Positions 21,085-30,782 of a DNA stretch of 64,000 bases are shown here, piece after piece. The DNA is from an uncultured Planctomycetota bacterium (lineage in GTDB: Bacteria > Planctomycetota > Planctomycetia > Isosphaerales > Isosphaeraceae): the NCBI GenBank assembly GCA_963823665.1, contig CAWGMQ010000004.1, positions 2,176,001 through 2,240,000 of the forward strand, written 5' to 3'. The position numbers were made by a program, and so were the translations under genes. Numbering within the stretch: the stretch's first letter is position 1; every line of letters begins with the position of its first letter. A model generated the notes under the pieces. It had not been told where the DNA came from. It made no database searches and saw only the letters and a program-made list of their open reading frames with translations.

Positions 21085-21513
21085 ATGGGTGCCATTGCAG
21101 AAGCGATTGTGGCCTTCGCGCAGCCGTTGCTCGAGCAGACCGATGGTTCTGAGGAACAGTTGAACAAGGCATTCGCGCTGAGCCAGGTTTGCTATAACCT
21201 CGCGCTCTTGCCGAAAGAGGATCGGGAAGCGGCGATCAACGAAATGCGATCAAGCCTGGAAATGGATGACCAGGAATTCGCCGAATTCCGGCGTGAGCTC
21301 GTCAACCCCATGATCCAGCGGCACGAGCAGATGTTCCCGCTGATGCACCGGCGGATTTCCGCTGACTTGTTGCAAAGCCGCTCCTTGCCCGGGTCGCACC
21401 CAATAATGGCGGAGCATCCCGAAACGCCTCCTCCTCCAAGCGATCGTTACGCGCCGTGTCCATGCAACAGCGGCCGAAAATATAAGTTCTGTTGCGGCAC
21501 GAAGCGACGCTGA
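21085..21513 (+). CDS. SEC-C motif domain protein
   Basis: GGAGG RBS before MGAIAEA; C-terminal RYAPCPCNSGRKYKFCC. Confidence 0.85.
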   Translation: MGAIAEAIVAFAQPLLEQTDGSEEQLNKAFALSQVCYNLALLPKEDREAAINEMRSSLEMDDQEFAEFRRELVNPMIQRHEQMFPLMHRRISADLLQSRSLPGSHPIMAEHPETPPPPSDRYAPCPCNSGRKYKFCCGTKRR

Positions 21514-21580
21514 TTCTCAGTTTCGCGAGGCCAGAAAATAGCGTCATTGCGCCACGCCAGTGTCGCCCTCGCAGTGCACC

Positions 21581-21629
21581 CTCGTTCCGATGCTCCGCGT
21601 CGGAACGTCCCACTGGCCGCTTCGCAGCG
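21581..21629. repeat. Dispersed palindromic repeat (CGTTCCGAyGCTCCGCGTmGGAA), copy 1
   Basis: Hairpin cgttccgatgc-tcc-gcgtcggaacg; similar to 41145-41193. Confidence 0.7.
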
Positions 21630-21727
21630 CGCTTGCCGATGACATCCGCGTGTCCCCTTCCGCCGTCCCTCCTCCGCCCTCCGTCCTGCGCTTCGGCCCC
21701 TCCGTCCCTCCCTCCTGCGCCCACCAC

Positions 21728-21781
21728 TTCGTTTTGTATATTCGACACGCGTCCTTTCCCTGCAAGGATTAAGGGAACGAA
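21728..21781. repeat. 54-bp element with terminal inverted repeats, copy 3 (outside any credible gene)
   Basis: TTCGTTTTGTATATTCG...TAAGGGAACGAA; same length as copies 1 and 2. Confidence 0.8.
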
Positions 21782-21794
21782 CCTCACCCTCATG

Positions 21795-21827
21795 GTCGCC
21801 TTTCGCTCTGCGAAAGTGCGTCCCCAT
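21795..21827. repeat. 33-bp palindromic (REP-like) repeat, copy 2
   Basis: gtcgcctttcgctctgcgaaagtgcgtccccat; same orientation as 17621-17653; degenerate third copy near 21844. Confidence 0.85.
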
Positions 21828-22543
21828 TTCCACACTCCCTATTGTCGCCATTCGCTCCGAGAAGGGGCTTCCCCGTTCCCACCCTCTGCCATGCAACCGA
21901 ACGCCTCCCATCAACCGCCCGTTGATTGATGCCGACCGTAATGAATGAATTCCTCCGGGCCCCAGGTGTGCCTTCCGAACGCGGGTGGTGCCATGAGCCG
22001 GCTCCCGCCGTTCACAACACGCCGCTAACCAGCGCATTCCCTCACGTAGAATATGCGGCGACTTCGCCGATTCCGCCGGCCTTGTTGTCATCGGAGCCAC
22101 CGTCGGCGCTCGGCGGTTTCGACCCTCGGTCGGAGGACCCAGGCAGGAGTGGGCTCGGAGTAATATTGGGCCGGACCGCTTGGGCGCACCCGGGATTGGT
22201 GGTTTCCTTGGCCCCGAAGTGAGCCCATCTCAGGGAATCCGGGGCGACGACCATCGCCGGGATCGTCAGCGCGATGGGGGAGACCGCCAACAGCAGCCAG
22301 TAGTTATCGAGCAGTTCGGGGCGAGGGGAAGAGTCCGTTTACGGCGAACCGGGTCACGCGATTTCACCAGAGATGATGTGGAGCGACGAGGATTCTTTGT
22401 TCGTTCATCCGAGGACCTGTGCGGCGTTAAGATCTCCACGTCAAGGTGTTGACATGACGCGCGCCCGGCGAAAAAGTGAGGGAACCTGCCCTTCGGATGG
22501 AAGGCAGGTCCCGGGTCGGAACGGACGTTCGACGCCCTCAGCA

Positions 22544-22819
22544 TCAGGGCGTCTGCCAGAATGGATCGGCTGGGGTGATCACTCCGTTGTCCGTGAAGGG
22601 GCACCGCCGGGCGTGGAGCTGCCGATCCCGCTCGGCGTCGCGGTACTTGGTGTGCACATGACCTCGCCAGAACCGATTCCCGTGACGGCAGATGGCTCGG
22701 TACCGGTTGTTGGCCGTCGAGGCCTCGCCGGCGAGCGGAAGGACAACCAACGAACTTAAGAGGGCGCCTGCGAGCATGCCGCCCAGTAATAGACGTCGAA
22801 GCAAGGTACGTCGCTGCAT
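22544..22819 (-). CDS. Small secreted basic protein
   Basis: AGGAG RBS; MQRRTLLRR + hydrophobic helix + AGEA; mature part is Arg/His-rich with 2 Cys. Confidence 0.65.
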   Translation of the reverse strand: MQRRTLLRRLLLGGMLAGALLSSLVVLPLAGEASTANNRYRAICRHGNRFWRGHVHTKYRDAERDRQLHARRCPFTDNGVITPADPFWQTP

Positions 22820-23017
22820 TGTGGTAGGCTCCTAGGCTCGGGGTATCGCCGACTCTCCAGGCGGCTCCACGGCCAATCCGTGAGTCGGGCATGGGCAACG
22901 AAGTCACGCGTCTCTTGACGGGTTAGTCCCCGTCTCCGACCACGTCCTTCTGCCTGTACATCCCGGCGGGGCGGTGTTTCTCTCGATGTGGCGGAACGAA
23001 TCTGGCGAAGCGAAAGT

Positions 23018-23516
23018 CTAACCATTCTTGCAAGTTCTAGTCTTGATATAACGTGAAAATAAATTAAATATAATAAATGTATAGATTATAATTGAAATTA
23101 AAATCATAATAATTAATTTAGTGATATCATTTTTGATGATTAAACCCCAGGCCCCGTCATGAGAGCTCCAACCCCCAAACTCCCGGGGCCTTCCTCGAGT
23201 AAATGACGGGGAGTAAGGCACCGGGCGTGGCCTGGTACTCTAACGTTCCCGTCCTGTCGTCGTATCTGATCGAGACGTAATGGACCGTTGTGGCCCCCCG
23301 CCGGCCGTAAAAAGTCCTCTTCCAGGTCTGTTACCGTCCCGACCTTATCGATCGCATCCGCCGAAAAGAGGATTCGCGCCTTCCTGATAATGGCGGTCAC
23401 GTCCTCGGTGATAGGAATACTGGTAAGGAGCAAGAAGGCGATCAGAGGTACCACCAGGCACCCGTCGTTCTCGGCCGGGTTTTAGGGCGGTGACGGTGAC
23501 TTGTTGGATGCATCAT
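23018..23516 (-). pseudogene. Frameshifted membrane protein, DUF3592-like architecture (TM - beta domain - TM)
   Basis: Frames concatenate to VPLIAFLLL..GTVTDL / KRTFYGRRGATTVHYVSIRYD..PGALLPVIYSRKAPG / ..LIIMILISIIIYTFII; 3' part is very AT-rich. Confidence 0.45.
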
Positions 23517-23573
23517 CTATCACGTAACATCGTGGACTCGGTCGATCCTCGTCCGGCTGCCCTCGCAGGGCCC

Positions 23574-24629
23574 TCACCGGTTCGCGGACTGCTGGGGAAG
23601 CGTCGGTCCCGTCTGCGCGGCGTCTGCTCGGTTGTCGAGTAGGTAGCGGAAGATTTTACGGTCACCCCCGACGACCAGGCCGGCGTTCTTCGGGAGCAAC
23701 TCCCGGTAGATCTGGAGACCACTCCAAAAGGCGTAGAATTCGACGTCCTCGCCCACGACTTCGGCGAAGATGCGGGCCGCCTTGGCATCGGCCTCACCTT
23801 TGATCGATTCCGTCTCTCGGTAAGCTTCCGACAAGATCCTCGCGCGCTCACGTTCCACCAAACCGCCAATGACCTTGGCCTCGCGCTGCCCCTCCGCCCG
23901 GTACCGCTCGGCGACCTGCTGGCGCTCCGAGATCATGCGCTCGTAGATCCTCTCCTGGACCTGGGGCACGTAGCCGATTGCCTTGATGCGCACGTCCACC
24001 AGCTCGATGCCGTACCTGGCTACTTCCCCGGCAGCCTCGAGCAAGATCTCCTTGTCGAGGGCCTCGCGGCCCTTCTCGATGGCCTTCGTCGCCTTCTGAG
24101 TGGCCGGCGAAGACGGTGGTGGGGTCGGACCTGGGGGAACTCCGCCCGTCGCGATCGACGGCCGGTTCGACACCCCGGAGCCCCCCACCTCCTTATCCTC
24201 CAGGAACGGCCGGCTGGAATTGCGAACCGCCTCGATGAGGGCGTAGCGCGAAACGACGTCCCGAGTCTTCGAGTCGATCACGTCGTCGAGCCGCGTCTTC
24301 GCAACTTGGGCGTCTCCGACGCTCCGGAAGAAGAGCAGCGGGTCGGCGATTCGCCACCGCGCGAAGGTGTCGATGAAAATGAACTTCTTGTCCCGGGTCG
24401 GGATCTCCGTCGCTTCTCCGTTGAAATCCAGGAGCCGCTTCTCGAAGCGGTGCACTTCCTGAAAAAACGGGACTTTCCAGTGCAGGCCCGCGGCGCGGAC
24501 AGGCGCACCGACCGGCTGTCCGAACTGAGTGAGGATGACCAGCTCCGACTCCGCCACTGTATAGGCGGCGGAGACCAGGAGGGCGAGGCCGACGGCGGCC
24601 AGCAGCGGCAGCAAGATCTTGCTCTTCAT
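23574..24629 (-). CDS. hflC: Protease modulator HflC (SPFH domain)
   Basis: N-terminal TM, ILTQFGQPV..GLHWKVPF, TRDKKFIFID.FARWRI.DP, RMISERQQVAERYRAEG. Confidence 0.92.
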   Translation of the reverse strand: MKSKILLPLLAAVGLALLVSAAYTVAESELVILTQFGQPVGAPVRAAGLHWKVPFFQEVHRFEKRLLDFNGEATEIPTRDKKFIFIDTFARWRIADPLLFFRSVGDAQVAKTRLDDVIDSKTRDVVSRYALIEAVRNSSRPFLEDKEVGGSGVSNRPSIATGGVPPGPTPPPSSPATQKATKAIEKGREALDKEILLEAAGEVARYGIELVDVRIKAIGYVPQVQERIYERMISERQQVAERYRAEGQREAKVIGGLVERERARILSEAYRETESIKGEADAKAARIFAEVVGEDVEFYAFWSGLQIYRELLPKNAGLVVGGDRKIFRYLLDNRADAAQTGPTLPQQSANR

Positions 24630-25672
24630 GGCCTGTGCTCCTCACGCGGTGTCTCAGTGCCGATCACGCCGGTTGCCCCCGCAGGGACGGCGTCGGTGAG
24701 GGCCCCCTTGAGGTCGAGCAGCTTCAGGGTGGCTCCCTGTTTCTCATCGACGATCCAGATCGAGCGGAGCTTCGGCAGCAGATCGGCCAGGGCCTCGAGG
24801 TAGAGCCGTTCGCGCGTCACGCCCTTCGCCCTCTTGTACTCAGCCGAAAGGCCCCGAAACCTCGCCGCGTCGCCATGTGCGCGGTTGACTCGCTTCAGCG
24901 CATAGCCCTCCGCAGCCTGCTTGAGTTGCCCCGCCTCCCCTTCGGCCAGGGGGAGGGTCTTGAGGAGCTCCTTATTCGCCTGGTTGATGGTCGTCTCCAT
25001 GTCCTGCCGGGCTCGGTTCACGTCGTTGAACGAGTCGCTGACCTGGGTTGGCGGCCGGACGTTCTGGAGCGCGACGGTCTGAACCTCGACCCCGGCGTGG
25101 TAGCCGTCGAGCACGGCTTGGAGCTTGGCCTTCACCTCAAAGGCGATCTCCGCCCGCCTCTCCGTCAAAACCTCGGTGACGCTGCAATCACCGACCACCA
25201 GCGCCATGGTCGCCCTCGAGACGTCCTCGATCGTCCCTTCGGGGTTCGCCACCGAGAACAGGTAGTCCTTCGGATCCCTGATCTTGTACTGGACGATCCA
25301 TTCCACGTCCGCAATATTCTCATCGCCGGTAAGCAACTGCACCTCCTGGGCGACTTCCTGGAACTCGGAACGCCCTGTCTTTGCAGAGACGCCTGAGGTG
25401 CGGAACCCGAACTCGAGCTTGTGCACGCGGCCGACAGCCACCGCGAACGCCTGGTCGATGCCCAACGGCAACTTCCAGTGCAAGCCCGGCTCCCTGATGC
25501 CGCTCAATCGCCCGAAGCGCAGAATGACCGCCTGCTGGTCGGTCTCCACGGTGTGGAAGCTCGTCCCGACCGTGGTAATCACCAGGACGGCGACTAGCGC
25601 CCAGATCACGGCCCGAGCGGGGTGAGCCCCCGCCCACTCGAGAAGTCGCTCAACCCGACCGTAAAGCACCAT
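24626..25672 (-). CDS. hflK: FtsH protease activity modulator HflK (SPFH domain)
   Basis: VILRFGR..EPGLHWKLP, LLTGDENIADVEWIVQYKI, VTRERLYLE; ATGA overlap with hflC; GAGGAG RBS. Confidence 0.92.
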   Translation of the reverse strand: MVLYGRVERLLEWAGAHPARAVIWALVAVLVITTVGTSFHTVETDQQAVILRFGRLSGIREPGLHWKLPLGIDQAFAVAVGRVHKLEFGFRTSGVSAKTGRSEFQEVAQEVQLLTGDENIADVEWIVQYKIRDPKDYLFSVANPEGTIEDVSRATMALVVGDCSVTEVLTERRAEIAFEVKAKLQAVLDGYHAGVEVQTVALQNVRPPTQVSDSFNDVNRARQDMETTINQANKELLKTLPLAEGEAGQLKQAAEGYALKRVNRAHGDAARFRGLSAEYKRAKGVTRERLYLEALADLLPKLRSIWIVDEKQGATLKLLDLKGALTDAVPAGATGVIGTETPREEHRP

Positions 25673-25741
25673 TACTTCTCCTCTCTTTGTGAAGTGCGAA
25701 CGATCCTTCCGGAGAGCGGATTCGGTCGCGCTCGCGTTTGA

Positions 25742-28700
25742 TTAAGGTCCCGTTCGGACCGGTTCGTTGAGCGAGAGCGATCGTGAGGCTGGCACCTTGG
25801 GAGCCACGTCGGTTGCGGGGCGGCGCGGGGCCGGTGGTAATAGACTGCGGGCCGGGCGGAGCCCCGTGATGAAATTGGCCTGCGTCGGCGGCCAAAACTC
25901 GCGGTAAGCGGACCGGAGGTTTGCCGCCTCGCGGTCGAACGCCCCACCTCTGAAGACACGGACTTGTTGCCTGTCGACGACGGGCCCTCCGGCCGCCTGC
26001 GAAGCGCCATACTCTGCGTAGACATCCTGGGTCCATTCGAGGGCGTTGCCCAGCATGTCGAACAGCCCGAATTCGTTCGGTCTCAACAGCCCGACACGGT
26101 GGGGCCGAGGCATCGGCGGCAGGGCGGCACTAGCCCCGCCAGGCTCGGCCGGCCCGACGCTGTTCTTCCCGTACCAGCCGTACCTGCCGAGCCTGTCTTC
26201 GGACCGGCCAAACGGCCAGGGCGTCACCGTCCCCGCACGGCACGCGAACTCCCACTCGACCTCCGTCGGCAGCCGGTAACCTCGCTGGTTCGGCAGGAAC
26301 TCCACGCCCAAGAGGTATCGCTTCACCTCTCCGTCCTTCGGTGTATAGAATCTGTAGCACTCGGGCAAGCCATTCTTCCGGCTCAGCCAGTTGCAAAACA
26401 TCGCCGCTTCTTTCCACGTAACGCCGACGGCCGGGAGGGAGCTTTCTGACCCGCTGTACCGCTTGATCCGGTCTCGAACCTCGATCCGGTCGAAGTCCGG
26501 GGTCGGCTCCTGCGGATCGTCGAGGAACTGCAAGAACAGCTCGACCGTCACTTCTCGAGTGGCGAGCTCGAAGGGATCCGGGACCGAGATCTCGTGGTGC
26601 GTCTCGTCGGACTGACGGCTTTCTTCGCCGACGGGCGACCCAATCCAGAACGTTCGCGTTCCCCGGTCGGTCAATGTGCGCCGGGGCCCGGCAATGACCG
26701 CCATGGTCATCCCGTTCGCGTTAACCGACCAGCCGGTCCCAGGCGGATTGTCCGATGCTCGCGACGCGATGTCCCCAGGCTGGGTCCCACCCCGGAGTTC
26801 CCAGGCGGTGAACAACCACTCGATGGCCGAGTGGAGCCCGGCGTCCGGATGAGTGAGAAGGTCTCGACCGAGCGCCTCCATTAACTCGCCCCGCCTTTCG
26901 GCAGGGATGTCCTCGTATCGATATTCGCCCAACGCGACCACCAGGGCCCGCAACGCCGACACGTCCCCCTCCCGCCGCTCCACGGTGACGCGGTCGATCA
27001 GCAGCCGTGGATCAACCTTGAGCGCGGCGAGGCTGCTGATCAGCTCGGTCCGTACGGAGGGGTCCGCCGCGTGGCGGAACAGGGGCCAGACCCTGTCGGG
27101 TCGCCCGATGATCATTAACGCAGCCGCGACTTTGCCCCGACGCACGGCCTCACGCTCGTCATCGGCCCCCGCGGCTGTGAGCATCGCCTCGAGGGCCATA
27201 CCGGCCCGATGGGCATGACGGGCCGAGGCAAGCAAGTCGACGATCTTCCTGAACTGTTCCGGGTCGGCGCCCGGGAGGAGACCGACCAGGTCCTCGGGCC
27301 GATTGCGGTCCGCCTCGATCAGCACGTCGCGAATGGCATGCGCTTCCTCGGAACCGCCCGGTTCATCGTCGCAGCGATTGAGCCGGTCGATCAGGAAATC
27401 GGACTGCGAACGGTCCAAAGAGAAGAGTGCTAGGGCGGCCCGCACCCGGAGGTCAATGTCTCTGCCGAGAACCTGTTTCGCGAGGTCATTTCGCACGATC
27501 CATAGGCGGCTACGCAGGTCTCCCACGGTCACCGGCACATGTTCCCAGCCGGGCGTGTTGAGCCGAGCGAGGAGGCCCATGGCCCTGTAGTAGGCAGCTG
27601 CGACGTTATAGGCCGCCACGGACGCGATCAAGGCGATGACGGCGGCGGTGGCCAGGACGCGGTGCCGGACGACAAGCCGCCACACCATGGCCTGTACCGG
27701 CTCACGCCGGGCCTTGACCGGGTCGCCCGCGAGCCATCGCTCCAGATCAGCGGCCATATCCCTGGCGGTCAGATACCTCGCATCGGGGTGGAGAGTCATC
27801 GCCTTGAGGCACACCGCCTCAAGATCGCCGTGTACCCCGACATCGACCTCGCGCGGCCGTGGGAACTGACCGAGTTGGATGCGGGCGAGCGTCTCTCTGA
27901 CTTGCTCGCGCCGGGTCACCGCTGCCACCCAGGTGCCCGTCGATGCGGACAGGTCGTTGGAACTCCACGTTGTGCCGCCGTCCCCAGGCCCCGGACCGCT
28001 CGCAAATGCCTTGCGCCCCGTGAGGATCTCGTATAGGATAGCGCCGAGGCTGTAGATGTCGCTGCGGTGCGTCACGGAACGTCGTTCGATCGATGCCTGC
28101 TCGGGGCTCAAATAAGCGAGCGTCCCGATGATCTCCCCGTCGGAAGTGACGTCCGGATCCCCGGAGGTCGAGAACCGGCCCTCCGCGTCTCGCGAGATCA
28201 TCTCGCGCACCAGGCGCGTTCCGGTGAGCCATAGCTCGTCGGGGATGCCCAGGCGCTTCGCCAGGCCCCAGTCGGCGATCATCGTCTCGCCGAAGTCCCC
28301 CAGCAGGATATTTCTGGGCTTGAGGTCGCGGTGGATAATCCCCTGCTGGTGAGCATAACCCACCGCGTTGCAGACAACGATCAGCTTCTCGATGAGGTCG
28401 CGGAGCGTCGGGGCCGGGCTCGACGCGGAGCGTCCCTTCCCCTCGGTGGCGTCGGAGTTCCGCGGCGCCGCGGTCCGCTTCTTGGGACGTCGCGGAACCT
28501 GTGGGGCATGGAGCCGGGCGATCGCATCCGCGAGGGTGCCGCCCTTGAAGCGCCGCATGGCGAAATAGGGACGGCCGTCGCCGTACTGGCCCCGCCCGTA
28601 CACCGCGGCGATTCCCGGGTGTTCGAGCTGGGCCCCGATCCTCACCTCGCGATCGAACCGTTCGTGCTTCTCCGGGTCGAGTACGTCCTCGTCGAGCAAC

Positions 28701-29434
28701 ACCTTGAGGACGACGTCCCGGTCCAATTCCTTGTCTTTGGCGAGAAAGACGGAACCGCCACCGCCGCCACCGAGATAAGAGATCGGGACGAACCGACTGC
28801 CTGGGACCAAGCCGAACGCCTTCTCTAGCCCACGGAGCGCCGGGGTCTTCTTCCGAATCTTGATCAGTGATGTGTGGACCCAGTCCAGGTCCGGCGCCCG
28901 AAGCGATGCGACGACCTCCTCGACCTTGTTACGGCATGCCCGGAGTCGGGCCTTCACCGCCGCGGAGAGCGCCTCCGCGGCTTGCCCGTCTCCCTCACGA
29001 CCGTCGAAGGCAACTTGCTCAAACGTCGGCAGCGGCTCGTCCGCCTTTGACCATCTCTTGAACGTGTCGACGACCTCGTTCCGGTCGAGTGCACCGGTTT
29101 CCAAGGCGATTCCCCCAACCAGGAGGACTGTGGATGGTAAGCCACCATCCGGAGGCATGTGCCATCCCGTCTTCTCGTAGACCACCTCGGTCATGCCCGG
29201 AAGGCCGAGCGGCCTCAGGCGGTTGACGTATTCGTCAGGGTCCGCGTCGTCTCCGAACAAATCCCTCCGCCAGCAGACTTCTTCTTCCATCAGCTTGCCG
29301 AGAAGCTCCAGACGCTCCGGAGGTTCGACCTTCCCCAGGTACTCCTCAATTAGAGGACGCCGCTCGGTCTCCGGGTATCCCGCCCATTCATCGCAGAATT
29401 CTTCGGCGAGCGCGTTGGTCCGCGTGCGTAGCAT
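25742..29434 (-). CDS. Membrane Ser/Thr protein kinase with HEAT-like region and C-terminal FGE-sulfatase (SUMF1/C-type lectin fold) domain
   Basis: LGGGGGGSV, HRDLKPRN, DWGLAK, GTLAYLSPEQ; one TM; YRLPTEVEWEFACRAG, PNEFGLFDMLGNALEW, RVFRGGAF. Confidence 0.93.
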   Translation of the reverse strand: MLRTRTNALAEEFCDEWAGYPETERRPLIEEYLGKVEPPERLELLGKLMEEEVCWRRDLFGDDADPDEYVNRLRPLGLPGMTEVVYEKTGWHMPPDGGLPSTVLLVGGIALETGALDRNEVVDTFKRWSKADEPLPTFEQVAFDGREGDGQAAEALSAAVKARLRACRNKVEEVVASLRAPDLDWVHTSLIKIRKKTPALRGLEKAFGLVPGSRFVPISYLGGGGGGSVFLAKDKELDRDVVLKVLLDEDVLDPEKHERFDREVRIGAQLEHPGIAAVYGRGQYGDGRPYFAMRRFKGGTLADAIARLHAPQVPRRPKKRTAAPRNSDATEGKGRSASSPAPTLRDLIEKLIVVCNAVGYAHQQGIIHRDLKPRNILLGDFGETMIADWGLAKRLGIPDELWLTGTRLVREMISRDAEGRFSTSGDPDVTSDGEIIGTLAYLSPEQASIERRSVTHRSDIYSLGAILYEILTGRKAFASGPGPGDGGTTWSSNDLSASTGTWVAAVTRREQVRETLARIQLGQFPRPREVDVGVHGDLEAVCLKAMTLHPDARYLTARDMAADLERWLAGDPVKARREPVQAMVWRLVVRHRVLATAAVIALIASVAAYNVAAAYYRAMGLLARLNTPGWEHVPVTVGDLRSRLWIVRNDLAKQVLGRDIDLRVRAALALFSLDRSQSDFLIDRLNRCDDEPGGSEEAHAIRDVLIEADRNRPEDLVGLLPGADPEQFRKIVDLLASARHAHRAGMALEAMLTAAGADDEREAVRRGKVAAALMIIGRPDRVWPLFRHAADPSVRTELISSLAALKVDPRLLIDRVTVERREGDVSALRALVVALGEYRYEDIPAERRGELMEALGRDLLTHPDAGLHSAIEWLFTAWELRGGTQPGDIASRASDNPPGTGWSVNANGMTMAVIAGPRRTLTDRGTRTFWIGSPVGEESRQSDETHHEISVPDPFELATREVTVELFLQFLDDPQEPTPDFDRIEVRDRIKRYSGSESSLPAVGVTWKEAAMFCNWLSRKNGLPECYRFYTPKDGEVKRYLLGVEFLPNQRGYRLPTEVEWEFACRAGTVTPWPFGRSEDRLGRYGWYGKNSVGPAEPGGASAALPPMPRPHRVGLLRPNEFGLFDMLGNALEWTQDVYAEYGASQAAGGPVVDRQQVRVFRGGAFDREAANLRSAYREFWPPTQANFITGLRPARSLLPPAPRRPATDVAPKVPASRSLSLNEPVRTGP

Positions 29435-29436
29435 GC

Positions 29437-30387
29437 TCACTCCTCCCCGCGGGCCGGGAAATTGCGGTTGGGCCGGGGACCCGTCGGACCGCCCAGTTGG
29501 TACTCGACGTCAGGGACGATCTTCTCCAGCCAGGCGGCAAGGGCGATGAGCGCCTTGTCGGCCGTCGGCCTCGAGTCGTTCTGATCGGAGGACGCGCGTG
29601 ACGACGACGGAACGGAACTGATCCGGGTCAGCTCATCGCGGATCTCGCCCAATCTCCGGTGTACGGCAGCCCGGCTCTTCCCGATCGCGGCGGCGATTGC
29701 GTCGATCCCTCGTTTGTCAGGCGTGCCGGGCCGGCCCGCCGGATCACCCGCCCCCTTCTGAAGCTCGGCCAGCTTGGCGAACAGGGCCCCCCGAAATGGT
29801 TGGTCCGCCGACCTTAATGACAGCTCCATGAGCAGATCCTCCGCGATCTGCTGGGTCGCCAGCCGGATGAGCAGTACTCGCTGGAGTTCGTCGTCCTCGA
29901 GTCTTACGAAGAGCGTTTCGAGCAGGTCTTCGGCGGTAAGGTAGGCGCCAGGCTCCGGCTCTCTTGGGTCGATGGCCAGGTCGACCGGATTGACCTCCGC
30001 CGTGGTGCCGCCGGAGTCTTCACCGTCCGCCCCGCTAGGTGCATGGACCCGGTAGGTACCCTCACGGTCGCGCGAGGCCAAGGATATCGTCCGACGGCGT
30101 AATGTCCCAAAGAGGTACCGCCGGAACTCCTCCCGGTTCTTGAACCGCCCCCCGTTCTTGAGGTGCTGGAGAGCTGCCATGAATGCAGTCTGGGCTAAAT
30201 CCTCGCTCCAATCCTCGCTCCATTTCTTCAAGCGAGGTCGCAGGCGCTCGAGGCTCCGCTGAGCGTAGCGGAGCAATTCCTTTAGAAGGATTGCTATCGA
30301 CACACTCGCGTCGCGGGCAATCCCGCCGCCGGGGTCATCCTTGCCCATCTCCAACTGGTGCAGCAATCGCGTGATCGAGCCGCTCAT
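29437..30387 (-). CDS. ECF-type RNA polymerase sigma factor (planctomycete type, divergent and extended)
   Basis: MSGSITRLLHQL N-terminus, SEDLAQTAF, FKNREEFRRYL, HTH IDAIAAAIGKSRAAVHRRLGEIR; abuts the kinase start; start codon uncertain. Confidence 0.8.
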   Translation of the reverse strand: MSGSITRLLHQLEMGKDDPGGGIARDASVSIAILLKELLRYAQRSLERLRPRLKKWSEDWSEDLAQTAFMAALQHLKNGGRFKNREEFRRYLFGTLRRRTISLASRDREGTYRVHAPSGADGEDSGGTTAEVNPVDLAIDPREPEPGAYLTAEDLLETLFVRLEDDELQRVLLIRLATQQIAEDLLMELSLRSADQPFRGALFAKLAELQKGAGDPAGRPGTPDKRGIDAIAAAIGKSRAAVHRRLGEIRDELTRISSVPSSSRASSDQNDSRPTADKALIALAAWLEKIVPDVEYQLGGPTGPRPNRNFPARGEE

Positions 30388-30430
30388 GTCTTTCGAGATG
30401 CTGGCTTCCATCTGTTCCTCCTCCGACCAA

Positions 30431-30697
30431 TGCGCCCACGCCCCGGACTCTATCATCATCTCGCACGCGGGGCTTATCTTCGCCGGAAGTTCCTCGGCTT
30501 CGGTTTTTTCCCCCCACCCGTGCGCCTGGGCCCCGCCAACTCTATCATCATCTCGCACGCGGGGATCATCTCTCACCAGAAGTTCCTCGGCCTCGGTTTT
30601 TTCCCCCTACTGGTGCGCCCGGGGCTCACCGCCCCGATTATCATCTCGCACGCGGGGCTTATCTCTCACGGGGAAATTCCCCGACCTCGGTTTTTCC
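30431..30697. repeat. Three imperfect tandem units of 92-93 bp upstream of the ECF gene
   Basis: tcatctcgcacgcgggg...ttcc.cg.c.tcggttttt recurs, with tcgcacgc at 30461, 30553 and 30646. Confidence 0.85.
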
Positions 30698-30782
30698 ATC
30701 GACATTCGTGCCCTCGCGGCCGTCCGTGTGCCGCCGACTCACATTGTTGCACACGATACGCAACTGGCGGCATCACAGTTGA

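Noticed and set aside
21926..22500. Short ORFs at the left edge of the island
   Set aside because: No convincing start or RBS and no motif; at most a decayed membrane-gene remnant
25742..25980. DGR variable region at the end of the FGE/C-lectin domain
   Set aside because: No template repeat or reverse transcriptase seen in the window; a remote DGR cannot be excluded
30431..30697. CRISPR or ncRNA array
   Set aside because: Whole units are similar along their length, with no repeat-spacer structure
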